A stretch of 64,000 nucleotides of DNA from Candidatus Nitrospinota bacterium M3_3B_026 (lineage in GTDB: Bacteria; Nitrospinota_A; UBA7883; JBPRGF01). Within the stretch, counting starts at the first letter, position 1, and every line of letters starts with the position of its first letter. Of the stretch, positions 20,545-29,915 are shown piece by piece. The stretch spans positions 160,001 through 224,000 of the forward strand of contig JBPRGF010000023.1 in assembly GCA_051418015.1 (NCBI GenBank), written 5' to 3'. The notes under the pieces were generated by a model. It was given only the letters and a program-made list of their open reading frames with translations. It was not told where the DNA came from and did no database searches. The position numbers and the translations under genes were made by a program.

Positions 20545-21273
20545 CTACGTAACGCCCTTGCCAGTCTTCTCGCGCTCGAAATAGATGAACCTGCTGCAAT
20601 GGGGGCAGCGGTGTATGTCGTCCGACGTGCGGACGAGGTAGTAAAGCTGCGGCGGGATGAGCTGGTGGCATCCCTGGCACAGGTTGTCTCTGACCTGGAC
20701 GACTCCCAGTCCCTCGCGGCTTTTCGAGACTCTCTCGTAGTTTTTGAGAACCGACGGGGTTATATTCGAAAGGATCGACTTCCGCTCGGCCAGCAGGGCG
20801 TCCAGCTCGGCGCGCTCCCGCGCCATGACCGCCTCCTTCTCCGCCTTGACGGAGTTGAACTTCTTCTCCTCCTCCGCAACCTCCCCTTCCAGCGCCGCCC
20901 TGGCCGGGGCGCGGCTGTCGGTCTTTTCCATCAGCTCCAGCTGCTCATCCTCCATCCGCTTGATCCTGTTCTCGTACCCCTCCTGCTCCTTGAGGATGGC
21001 GCGGTACTCCACGTTGGTCTTCACCTGCGGAAGCTTGGCCTTGTCCTTGGCGATCTTCTCTTTAAGGTCGTCCACCTCTCTTTCGAGCTCTTTTCTCTTT
21101 TTCCCGTCCGCGTCCGTCTCCGCGTCGAACTCCGCGAGCCTGGCCCTTGCCTCCTCCAGCGCCGCGGAGGCCTGCTTGAGCTCTTCCGGGATGGATTTCA
21201 GGAGAGCCTCTTTTCCGGCGATCTTTGTGTCCAGTTTCTGGAGGGCTACGAGGCGTTCGAGATCGGCGTTCAT
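20545..21273 (-). CDS. Coiled-coil protein with C4 zinc ribbon (DUF164-like)
   Basis: LVALQKLD start, long coiled coil, CQGC...CPHC; typical neighbour of rnpB. Confidence 0.88.
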   Translation of the reverse strand: MNADLERLVALQKLDTKIAGKEALLKSIPEELKQASAALEEARARLAEFDAETDADGKKRKELEREVDDLKEKIAKDKAKLPQVKTNVEYRAILKEQEGYENRIKRMEDEQLELMEKTDSRAPARAALEGEVAEEEKKFNSVKAEKEAVMARERAELDALLAERKSILSNITPSVLKNYERVSKSREGLGVVQVRDNLCQGCHQLIPPQLYYLVRTSDDIHRCPHCSRFIYFEREKTGKGVT

Positions 21274-21447
21274 ATATCCCGTTGGCGGTCCGTAATAAGC
21301 TTGCTCAGGAGAAAACCCAAAATATACCGGATAAACGGAAAATTGTCAAAACATGGGATACCGTCCGCGCGTTTCAGCGCCGTCCCCGCATGGCGGACGA
21401 AGGGCTTCGCCCGAAGCCTCGGCCCCTCTTTGGCCGGGATGGGCGCG

Positions 21448-22575
21448 TCAGGCCGTGGCGCCGATCCCCGTCCCGGCCCTGTTCTTGTAGTCGCCCAGCA
21501 GGTATTTCTGGTCGCGGGTGATGAGGGTTATGGCCACGCCGCTTTTGCCGACGCGGCCGGTGCGGCCTATGCGGTGGACGTAGGTGGTGGGGTCCTCCGG
21601 CAGGCGGTAGTTTATGACCGTGGCGATGTTGTCCACGTGTATGCCGCGGGCGGCGACATCCGTGGCCACGAGGACTTTTGTCTCGCCCTCCTTGAACTTT
21701 TTCATCACCTTGTCGCGCCGGGCCTGCCGGAAGTCGCCGTGGATCGCCTCAACGGAGAAACCATAGCCCGCCAGGCGCTCGGCGACGCTGTCCACCTCCC
21801 GCTTGGTGCGGCAGAAGATGAGGGTCTGCCCCTGTCCTTCGCGCTCCAGGGCGTCTATGAGAGCCTCGATCCTTTCGGAAGGATGGACCATGTGGAATAT
21901 CTCCTCTATCCTGCCCCTTTCGGCCACGGTGTCCTTTATCCTTATTATCTTCGGGCTGACCATGTGGTTGAAGGCTATGGCCAGGACCCTGTCCTCCATC
22001 GTCGCCGAGAGAAGGAAGGTCTGCCGCTCCTCGGGCAGAAAGCGCATGATCGCCTCCACGTCCTCGATAAAGCCCATGTTGAGCATTTCGTCCGCCTCGT
22101 CCAGGACAGCGAACTCCACGTGATCCAGCGACAATATTCCCCGGTCATGCAGGTCCAGGACGCGGCCCGGCGTCCCCACCACTATGTGCGCGCCCTTGCG
22201 GAGCCTGCGCGCCTGGTCCTCGACGGGCCGCCCCCCGACCACGGCGACGATGCGGCTTTTTCTGAGCTCGCCCAGCCTGCGGGCCTCGTCCCGGATCTGC
22301 GTGGCCAGCTCGCGGGTGGGGGCCAGAACAAGCGCCCTGGGATACCGCGGCCGACGGTCTTTTATGTTGGCGAGTATGGGCAGGGCGAAGGCGGCGGTCT
22401 TGCCCGTGCCGGTCCTGGCCTGGCCGATCACGTCGCGCCCCTCCAGGGCGGGCGGGATGAACATCGCCTGGATCGGGGTGGGGGTTGCGTAACCCATTTT
22501 GGCCAGGGCGCCGTCCAGCTCCCAGCCCAGTCTGAAGTCGGCGAAGCTTGCGCGACGCTTTGTTGTTTCTGTCAC
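21448..22575 (-). CDS. DEAD-box RNA helicase
   Basis: Q motif TPIQ, ARTGTGKT, PTRELA, DEAD, SAT, HRIGRTGR. Confidence 0.95.
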   Translation of the reverse strand: MTETTKRRASFADFRLGWELDGALAKMGYATPTPIQAMFIPPALEGRDVIGQARTGTGKTAAFALPILANIKDRRPRYPRALVLAPTRELATQIRDEARRLGELRKSRIVAVVGGRPVEDQARRLRKGAHIVVGTPGRVLDLHDRGILSLDHVEFAVLDEADEMLNMGFIEDVEAIMRFLPEERQTFLLSATMEDRVLAIAFNHMVSPKIIRIKDTVAERGRIEEIFHMVHPSERIEALIDALEREGQGQTLIFCRTKREVDSVAERLAGYGFSVEAIHGDFRQARRDKVMKKFKEGETKVLVATDVAARGIHVDNIATVINYRLPEDPTTYVHRIGRTGRVGKSGVAITLITRDQKYLLGDYKNRAGTGIGATA

Positions 22576-22694
22576 TTGATAAGTCCGTTGAGTTTGAGAT
22601 TCATGTAATATGGCGGATGAATAACACCGCCTCGCCGGAGCGCCCGCTTGCGGGGCGCGATCCGGATTCTGTCAATGGCGGGGCGTTTCGGCCT

Positions 22695-22883
22695 CTAGGC
22701 CATGTTGCGCTGGCTTTTGCGGCGTTTTTTCAGAGCCTCTTTCTGTTTTCTTTTCCTCTTGGCGGAAGGCTTTTCGTAAGCCCGCCTTTTCTTGAGCTCT
22801 TTCCATAGGCCGTCTTTCAGAAGCTGCCTCTTAAGCACCTTCAAGGCGTGATCCACGCGCTGATTGATGACTCTAACCTGCAA
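22695..22883 (-). CDS. rpsU: 30S ribosomal protein bS21
   Basis: MQVRVINQRVDHALKVLKR...ELKKRRAYEKPS; TTG start after GGGGAG. Confidence 0.9.
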   Translation of the reverse strand: MQVRVINQRVDHALKVLKRQLLKDGLWKELKKRRAYEKPSAKRKRKQKEALKKRRKSQRNMA

Positions 22884-22963
22884 AAATAATCTCCCCTTTC
22901 GTCTTTCTCTTCCGGCGCCGGCCGGAGCCCGCGCCATGGTCCACGATAAAAATCCTCGCCCTC

Positions 22964-22993
22964 AAAATAAAAAATCGCCGCGCCCCGGCGGCG
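22964..22993 (-). terminator. Terminator-like hairpin upstream of rpsU
   Basis: CGCCGC-6 nt loop-GCGGCG followed by ATTTTTTATTTT on the minus strand. Confidence 0.5.
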
Positions 22994-23140
22994 TTTATCG
23001 CTTGTTTTACTTTTTCCGCGAGGTGACGGACGGAATATGTAAAACATGTCCCGTCACACAGTTATACATTCTTATATCATCTATGGCGATAAAATCAAGT
23101 TTTTTCAGCGGGGGTTCCGGGCAAGGATGCGTGAGAATCC

Positions 23141-24505
23141 TCAGTCGCCGTATTGTATGGATCGCAGCCTTGATCTGACATCCGCGGGCAGGCGCGCCTC
23201 GTTTTTCAGCAGGGCGGGGGTGAGCTTTCCCTTCAGGAAAACGTCCAGTCTGCTCTCGGGGAACCCGAGGGCGCTCATGTAATCCTCGAAATAGGCCGAC
23301 TCCGGCTCCTGCTCATCCTCCAGCAGCGCCCCATGGCAGAGGCCGGACACGTGCAGCGCGGCAAGCCCCGGCAGCGCGTCCTTCGGGATTTTCGCCGCCG
23401 GGAGGTAAAAGGGAAGGTTCTGAAGCTCCACCACACTGCCGACCCTCTCCGGCAGCTTCCAGCTTTTCAGCAGGGCTCCGGCGAGCCTGGCGTGGTCAAG
23501 GGTGTCGATCAGCTCGGCTATCTTGGGGTTTTTCCGTTTGAGCAGCAGGATTACGCTTCTCCCCACGTCGCTTAGCATCGCGATGGTGCTGTTCGTCCCG
23601 GCGGTCTCCCGGCTCGAAAGCAGGGAGACCTCGTGGGAGATGACGGAGAGCATGTAGGAGCGCTTCCTCAAGGCGGCGAAGTCCTCCCCCCTGGGCATCA
23701 GGTCGTGTATGCCGTGGTAAAGAACGAGCTGGTAAACCTGCGTGAAGCCGAGGAGCACTATCGCCCGGGAAAAGTCCGACACCTCCTGGGAGAGGCCGAA
23801 GTAGGGCGAGTTCACGGTCTTGAGGATCATGGTGACAAGCGACGGGTCGAGCTTGACGGACTCGGCCACATCCTTCGGCGACGCGCGCTCGTCCAAAAGC
23901 TTCACGGCCAGCTCCCTTGCGCTCAAGGGGAGCTTGGGGATATTTTTGATGACTTCCGATACGAGCTCGGAGCGGATCACGTTCCCCCCGGTCTCCTCTT
24001 TCTCCCGGATGTAGGCCGAGAGCATGTTCTCCGCCCGCTCGACCCTGTGGAGGACGCCGAGCAGGCTTTCCATTCGCTCCTCGGCCAGCTCGGCAAGGCG
24101 CCTGAGCACGCGCAGCTGCACTCGTTCCGGGAAGTTGTCGAAAGCCTCGGGGGTGAACTCGAGGAGCGCCGACCGCCTGTTCGCGACGACGGTGGCCGTC
24201 CTCGGATTTTTGCTTATGAAGGCGATCTCCCCCACGACATCGCCCTTGGACAGGGCGCCAAGCTTCCTGCGCGCGCCGTTGAAATCCTTGTGAACGTCCG
24301 CGCCGCCCTCGACGATGAGGTAGAAAGACCGTCTGGGATCCCCTTGTCTTATGATGAGGTCGCCGGAGGAATATTTACGCTCCGAGGCGGCCGAGTATAC
24401 AAGCTCCAGGTCCCTGTCGCTCAGGCGTTCGAAGATAGGGGGGCGGAAAAGCTTTTCGGGGGTTTCATCCCCGGAGGCGTTTCTGGTTCTTGAGAAAATG
24501 GCCAT
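23141..24505 (-). CDS. cNMP-binding domain + HDOD domain protein
   Basis: IIRQGD...GDVVGEIA...PRTATV (cNMP domain); IPKLP, DPSLVTMILKTVNSPYFG, AIVLLGF (HDOD domain). Confidence 0.85.
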   Translation of the reverse strand: MAIFSRTRNASGDETPEKLFRPPIFERLSDRDLELVYSAASERKYSSGDLIIRQGDPRRSFYLIVEGGADVHKDFNGARRKLGALSKGDVVGEIAFISKNPRTATVVANRRSALLEFTPEAFDNFPERVQLRVLRRLAELAEERMESLLGVLHRVERAENMLSAYIREKEETGGNVIRSELVSEVIKNIPKLPLSARELAVKLLDERASPKDVAESVKLDPSLVTMILKTVNSPYFGLSQEVSDFSRAIVLLGFTQVYQLVLYHGIHDLMPRGEDFAALRKRSYMLSVISHEVSLLSSRETAGTNSTIAMLSDVGRSVILLLKRKNPKIAELIDTLDHARLAGALLKSWKLPERVGSVVELQNLPFYLPAAKIPKDALPGLAALHVSGLCHGALLEDEQEPESAYFEDYMSALGFPESRLDVFLKGKLTPALLKNEARLPADVRSRLRSIQYGD

Positions 24506-24530
24506 GTATCTTGCGGGCCCCGCGCTTTTT

Positions 24531-24546
24531 CGTGAATCTTATCACA
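24531..24546. promoter_or_regulatory. CRP-like box
   Basis: CGTGA-ATCTTA-TCACA, a 9/10 match to TGTGA-N6-TCACA. Confidence 0.45.
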
Positions 24547-24568
24547 GAATCATAAAAAACTTCCCTTT

Positions 24569-25969
24569 TCAGCCGCCGTGAGACTCTTTCGCCAGGGCCC
24601 CGTTTATCATATTGAAAAGTTTTTCCTCCACTTGCCCCAGGGCCGACAGGGCGAACTCCTTTTTGAAGGCCTCCAATGGCACGACAGCCTTCGCCATGGA
24701 CTGGTGCCCCCCCGCGCCTCCAAGCCTTGAGAAAAGCTCCGTGGCGACGTCACCCGCCCACAGGCCCGACGACGACATGTTCCGCATGGAGACGACGATG
24801 TTCCCCTCGTACACGCCCCCCACCGCCGTCCAGGAGCCCTCGCCTATCTGCAGGGAGAAGTCCGCCAGCCTGGGGATGATGTCCTCCTTTTCGATCTCGC
24901 CAAGCCACATGAACACAAGCTCCCCCTTCTCGCGCCTGTTGTTTATGGCCCGGACGAAATATGAAAGCTCCTTCGGGTCCAGCCTGGGCCGGGACATGCT
25001 GGAGAGAAGATGCGTGTTCCCGATAGGCCACAGCGCCGTGAAAGCCTCGAAATCCCGCCGGGAGGTGTCGCGGGCAAGGGTCATGGTGTCGCTTATTATC
25101 CCGTAGAGCAGCGCCGTGGCCAGCCGTTGCGTGATGGGCGTCCCCGCGGCGGCGAGATACTCGTACAGCATGGTGGAGGTGGCGCCGTAGGAGACATCGA
25201 CGTCCTTGAACGCGGCGTCGTATTCAACGGGGTACGGATGATGGTCCATCACCGCGTCGACACGGCCGAAAAGCCCCTCCTCGAAATAGGGCGGCTGAAC
25301 GTCCACCATCACGACCCTGTCGAAACCCGCCACATCCTTCCGCGAGATGCGCCGCACCCCGGTCCGCAAAAGACGGACCATCGCCTGGTTCTCCTTCCTG
25401 GCCACCTCCCCCAGCGAGCATATCGGGGCGCCCTCGCCGTCTCTGCCCAGGAGCGCCTGAGTGGCCATGCCGCAGGCTATCGCGTCGGGGTCCGGGTCGT
25501 TCTGGGTCATGATGAGCACCCTGTCCGCGCCGGAGAGGACTTTGAGAAGCCTGTGGACTTTCTGGCGGGTGTTTATCATGCTCCACTCGCCGGAAAGGCT
25601 TTTCTTGACCAGTTCCACGATGTTCACCACAGAGACGTTGGCCAGCTTCTTAAAACGCGCGGGCTCCCCCTGGCTCGTCAGGGCCAGTATGGAGGGGGGG
25701 GCGGCGCGGGAGGAGAGAAACTCGACAAGCCGCGAAAAGGACGAAAGGTCATCGGCGGCCAGCACCACCCTGTCCGACGAGGTTATGTCGAGCTTCGACA
25801 CCTCGTCCAGGTAGAACTCGTTCCACTCGAAAAGACGGCCGGGGAAGACCGGCGCCTGGCCGCTTTGAAGGGGGCCGATCTTGACCACTATCATGTCGTC
25901 GGGTCTTTCCGCCAGGCCGGATATCACCGACAGGAGGTCATACCTGTACAGGAAAACAAAATATCTCAT
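24569..25969 (-). CDS. DHH/DHHA1 phosphoesterase with N-terminal extension
   Basis: DPDPDA, VMVD, MDHHP, YGIISDT, GGAGGHQSMA. Confidence 0.85.
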   Translation of the reverse strand: MRYFVFLYRYDLLSVISGLAERPDDMIVVKIGPLQSGQAPVFPGRLFEWNEFYLDEVSKLDITSSDRVVLAADDLSSFSRLVEFLSSRAAPPSILALTSQGEPARFKKLANVSVVNIVELVKKSLSGEWSMINTRQKVHRLLKVLSGADRVLIMTQNDPDPDAIACGMATQALLGRDGEGAPICSLGEVARKENQAMVRLLRTGVRRISRKDVAGFDRVVMVDVQPPYFEEGLFGRVDAVMDHHPYPVEYDAAFKDVDVSYGATSTMLYEYLAAAGTPITQRLATALLYGIISDTMTLARDTSRRDFEAFTALWPIGNTHLLSSMSRPRLDPKELSYFVRAINNRREKGELVFMWLGEIEKEDIIPRLADFSLQIGEGSWTAVGGVYEGNIVVSMRNMSSSGLWAGDVATELFSRLGGAGGHQSMAKAVVPLEAFKKEFALSALGQVEEKLFNMINGALAKESHGG

Positions 25970-26116
25970 CTGAAAATTATAGACCATGCGCCCCAGGCGC
26001 GGGAGTCCTGGAGAACCCCCGAGCCCCATCCTCGGCCGGTTTGGGCGAACGGGCTTGTTATCGTCTTCTTAAAGTCGTATCTTTATCTATTCGGGTGTTT
26101 AGCTCAGGCAAGGAAG

Positions 26117-26767
26117 ATGATAGACCTGCACACGCACACGCTCTTTTCCGACGGGGAGCTTCTTCCCTCGGAGCTTTTGAGGCGGGCCGAGACGGCCGGG
26201 TACCGCGCCATAGCCTTCACCGACCACGTGGACGCCTCCAACTATGACTTCACGGCTCCGAGGATCGCCCGGGCCTGCGATGAACTGGCCGGGGGCCCCG
26301 TGACCGCCCTGCCGGGGGTGGAGATCACCCATGTCCCGCCGGACAGGATAGGCGATCTCGTGAAAAGCTGCAGGGAGGCCGGGGCGAGGATCATAGTCGT
26401 CCACGGGGAATCGATCGTGGAGCCCGTGGCCCCGGGCACGAACAGGGCCGCCATCGAGGCGGGAGTGGACATACTCGCCCATCCGGGCCTCATAACCGGA
26501 GAGGACGCGGCGCTGGCGGCGGAAATGGGCGTCCTGCTGGAGATAAGCGGCCGGGGAGGGCACAGCTTCACCAACGGCCACGTGGCCGCCACGGCGCGTA
26601 AGGCCGGGGCCGGACTGGTTTTCAACACCGACGCACACAGGATCGGCGACCTGATGGACGCCGAGATGGCCTTCAAGGTGGCCCTGGGCGCGGGGATGAG
26701 CGAAGGCGAGGTTGAAAGGATGTTCGAGGCGGCCATGGAGCTTGTCCGGAAGGCCGGGCGCGGATGA
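26117..26767 (+). CDS. PHP-domain protein (histidinol-phosphate phosphatase-like)
   Basis: MIDLHTHTLFSDG, FTDH, LAHP, NTDAH; ATG at 26117. Confidence 0.88.
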   Translation: MIDLHTHTLFSDGELLPSELLRRAETAGYRAIAFTDHVDASNYDFTAPRIARACDELAGGPVTALPGVEITHVPPDRIGDLVKSCREAGARIIVVHGESIVEPVAPGTNRAAIEAGVDILAHPGLITGEDAALAAEMGVLLEISGRGGHSFTNGHVAATARKAGAGLVFNTDAHRIGDLMDAEMAFKVALGAGMSEGEVERMFEAAMELVRKAGRG

Positions 26768-26869
26768 CGCGCCGCTTGCCATCATGGCCGGTTCTCTAAT
26801 ATCCTTGGTACCTTCCCGGTATTGATAAGGAGACCTTTTCATAACTCGAAGGATAAGGCGCCGCCGGAT

Positions 26870-26991
26870 ATTTTCTCCCCCTGCCAGAGGGGGAGTGGCG
26901 CGGTCTTCCGCGGCGAGGGGATGGGAGTCAGATAAAATATACCCCCTCCCGCCTTACGGTGTCCTCCCCCTTGTGAAGGGGGAGGAAAAAA
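26870..26991. repeat. REP-like palindromic element, family A
   Basis: CTCCCCCTGCCAGAGGGGGAG and TCCTCCCCCTTGTGAAGGGGGAGGA hairpins; shares a 16-mer with 7125-7140. Confidence 0.65.
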
Positions 26992-27055
26992 TCGGAGAAG
27001 CGCGGTCATTAGGGTGATGCAAGGATATCATTGATAAGGAGAATAATTTTTTCAA

Positions 27056-27844
27056 ATGGGCCGCTATAAAAAGACAGCGAAGAAAAAAACAGGAGCGAAA
27101 GAGCCTTCATACGCCGACTCTTCCGTGACGGCGATGGAATGGGCTCGCGACAACATAGAGAAAGTCCTCGCCATTGCGGGCGTTCTGGTCCTCGCCGCCG
27201 CGGGCGTCTCCGGGCTTTTGTACTACCGCCACGCCAGCGCGGAACGTGAATACACCACGCTTTACGAGGCCGTGGCCCCCGCTGCGGGCGAAGACGCGGG
27301 GGATGCCGCCCTGGACGATGGCCTCTCCAGCCTCCGGAAATTCCTTGAAAAAGATGTCTCGAAGGGCGTGGAGGCGCAGGCCAGGTTCTGGCTCGGTGAT
27401 TTCCTGATCCGCAAGGATATGCCCGAAAAAGCGGCCTCCGAATACGACAGGATGGCGAAGATCACGGAAAGGGGGACCCTTTTCCATGAGCTTGCCCTCG
27501 CCAGAAGGGCGGACGCGCTCTGGAGGGCCGGAGACCCCGCCGCCGCCGCGGAGACGCTGCGGAAGCTTTACGAGTCGGCGGAGCATTACCCGCGTTCGAC
27601 GGCTCTTTACAACCTGGCCCTGGCCCTCGCCGCGGCCAACGACAAGGACGAAGCCGCCGACACCATAAACAGGCTCATCGCGGATCACCCCTCTTTTCAA
27701 TCCTCGGATTTTCTCGAGGCCACGATCAGAAGGATCAGGTCCGGCGCCCTCGCCGCCCGTGGGCCCTCGGACGGGAAGATCGAGTCTGAAAAACCGGAGG
27801 CCATGCCCGTCGGCGCTTCCGATGTCCATGGCGGCGCGGGCTGA
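27056..27844 (+). CDS. Membrane-anchored TPR protein (YfgM-like)
   Basis: Basic N-terminus, one TM helix, then TPR-like helices (ALYNLALALAA). Confidence 0.7.
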   Translation: MGRYKKTAKKKTGAKEPSYADSSVTAMEWARDNIEKVLAIAGVLVLAAAGVSGLLYYRHASAEREYTTLYEAVAPAAGEDAGDAALDDGLSSLRKFLEKDVSKGVEAQARFWLGDFLIRKDMPEKAASEYDRMAKITERGTLFHELALARRADALWRAGDPAAAAETLRKLYESAEHYPRSTALYNLALALAAANDKDEAADTINRLIADHPSFQSSDFLEATIRRIRSGALAARGPSDGKIESEKPEAMPVGASDVHGGAG

Positions 27845-27889
27845 AGCCTTCGGCGTTCCGGCCCGCCGCCCGGAGTTGGAGGCCATTGA

Positions 27890-28591
27890 ATGACTCCCCA
27901 CTGGTTCGACGTCTTTGTCGCCCTGTTTCTGCTGGCCTCGGCGGTCTGGTCATACTTCCGCGGGTTCATAAAGGAGGTCTTCTCCATAGCCTCCATCGCC
28001 GCGGGAGTGTTCGCCGGCTCCATGTACCACGAGAAAGCGGCGCCCTGGTTTGAAATCATCACAGGCGATGAGTTCTACCGGAGACTCGCGGCGTTCGTCA
28101 CGCTCTTCGTTCTCGCCGCCGCGGCGGTCGCGTTCATCGGGAGCCTGATACGGCGCGTCCTCCATGTCTCCTGGGCGATAAACTTCGCCGACAGCGTGGC
28201 CGGCGTCTTCCTCGGCGTTTTGAAAGGCTTTCTTATCCTTGTTATCATCACGCTTCCGCTGGCGCTCGCGCCCACGCTGAACAAGGAGGTTGTGAGAGGC
28301 TCCAGGAGCGCGCCGCTCCTGGCCGAAGCGGGGAGGCGGATCATCGAGATCACCGCGCCGGGCCTCGCGCCGGAGGCCCGCAAGTCCGAGAAATCCGACC
28401 CGGACACTGCGGCCGTGAAGCGCTACATGGAGGCGCTGAAAGAGAAGGCCGCGGTCATCGGGGGAAAGCTCGGTCTCGATGACAAAAAGAGCGGACGCGG
28501 GGACAAGATAACGGAAGAGGATAAAAAAGAGCTGGACAAGCTCATAGAGAGACTGAACAAAAACGCGGACAGCGAAACAGGGAGAGAGTAG
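27890..28591 (+). CDS. CvpA family membrane protein
   Basis: WFD...RGFIKEVFS and DSVAGVFLGVLKG. Confidence 0.85.
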   Translation: MTPHWFDVFVALFLLASAVWSYFRGFIKEVFSIASIAAGVFAGSMYHEKAAPWFEIITGDEFYRRLAAFVTLFVLAAAAVAFIGSLIRRVLHVSWAINFADSVAGVFLGVLKGFLILVIITLPLALAPTLNKEVVRGSRSAPLLAEAGRRIIEITAPGLAPEARKSEKSDPDTAAVKRYMEALKEKAAVIGGKLGLDDKKSGRGDKITEEDKKELDKLIERLNKNADSETGRE

Positions 28592-28594
28592 CCG

Positions 28595-29638
28595 ATGTTC
28601 AAGACCGTGGAATGGAAAGGCGATAAAGTCCGGCTCATAGACCAGCGCAAGCTGCCGCTGGAGGAGACCTATATCGACCTCGAGACGAGCGGCGAGGCGG
28701 CGGCGGCGATAAAAGACATGGCCGTCCGCGGCGCCCCGGCCATCGGCGTCACCGCCGCCATGGGCGCGGCGCTGGCGGCGAAGTCGATAAACGCCCCGGA
28801 CGCCGACGGCTTCATGGCCGAGTTCGAAAAAGCGCTCGAAACCCTCGCCGCGTCGCGCCCCACGGCGGTGAACCTTTTCTGGGCGGTGGAGAGGATGCGC
28901 GCGAGAGCGCTGGCGGAAAAACCGAACGGCGTCGAGGCGGTCAAAACGGCGCTGGAGGAGGAGGCGCTGCGGATATACCGCGAGGACCTTGCCATAAACA
29001 GGACGATGGGGGAGAACGGCGCCGCGCTGCTGGACGACGGCGATACCGTCCTGACCCATTGCAACGCCGGGGCGCTGGCGACGGCGGGCGATTACGGCAC
29101 GGCCCTCGGCGTGATAAAGGCCGCCCACCTCGCCGGGAAGAATGTGAAAGTCTTCGCCGACGAGACGCGGCCCTGGCTGCAGGGGGCGAGGCTGACCACC
29201 TGGGAGCTGATGAAGGAGGGGATACCGGTGACCCTGATCTGCGACAACATGGCGGGGAGCCTCATGAAGCGCGGCATGATAAACAAGGTCGTGGTGGGCG
29301 CGGACAGGATCGCGGCGAACGGCGACGCGGCGAACAAGATAGGGACGTACACCGCCGCCGTCCTGGCGGCGCGGCATGGAGTCCCTTTCTACGTGGCGGC
29401 CCCCATGTCCACCATCGATTTCGACACGCCGGACGGGGATGGAATACCCATAGAGGAGCGCGACTCCTCGGAGATCACAAAAGTCATGGGCGGCCAGAGG
29501 ATAGCCCCGGAAGGGGTGGACGTGTACAATCCCGCCTTCGACGTGACGCCGAACGAGCTTATCACGGCGATAATCACGGAGAAGGGAGTGGCCAGGCCGC
29601 CTTTCACCGAGTCGCTGGAAAAACTGCGGCGAGGATGA
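28595..29638 (+). CDS. mtnA: Methylthioribose-1-phosphate isomerase
   Basis: [41 protein letters not shown]. Confidence 0.95.
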   Translation: MFKTVEWKGDKVRLIDQRKLPLEETYIDLETSGEAAAAIKDMAVRGAPAIGVTAAMGAALAAKSINAPDADGFMAEFEKALETLAASRPTAVNLFWAVERMRARALAEKPNGVEAVKTALEEEALRIYREDLAINRTMGENGAALLDDGDTVLTHCNAGALATAGDYGTALGVIKAAHLAGKNVKVFADETRPWLQGARLTTWELMKEGIPVTLICDNMAGSLMKRGMINKVVVGADRIAANGDAANKIGTYTAAVLAARHGVPFYVAAPMSTIDFDTPDGDGIPIEERDSSEITKVMGGQRIAPEGVDVYNPAFDVTPNELITAIITEKGVARPPFTESLEKLRRG

Positions 29639-29713
29639 ACGCAACCGCCAATACGCCGAGACGGCGTCCAACGGCCCCGTTTCGCGCCGGCGCGGCGCAA
29701 CGTTGACGGCGCA

Positions 29714-29850
29714 GTCCTGAGGCGAAAGCCCTGATTCCCCTTTCCCGGACGGCAAAGGCAAGGTCCTTCACTTCGCTGACGCTTCGTTCAGGACGCCGGG
29801 TTGAAGCGAAGATGCCAGCTTTCTCGTCCTGAGCAACGCGAAGGGCCTTG
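29714..29850. repeat. REP-like element, family B
   Basis: GTCCTGAG units. CAAGGTCCTTCAC...TCGTTCAGGACG is shared with 61823-61866. Confidence 0.65.
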
Positions 29851-29915
29851 GCTTTCAAACCGAAACACCCCGCCCCTTTCCTGTACAATTGACAGGTAAA
29901 ACGCAGGGCGGGAAG

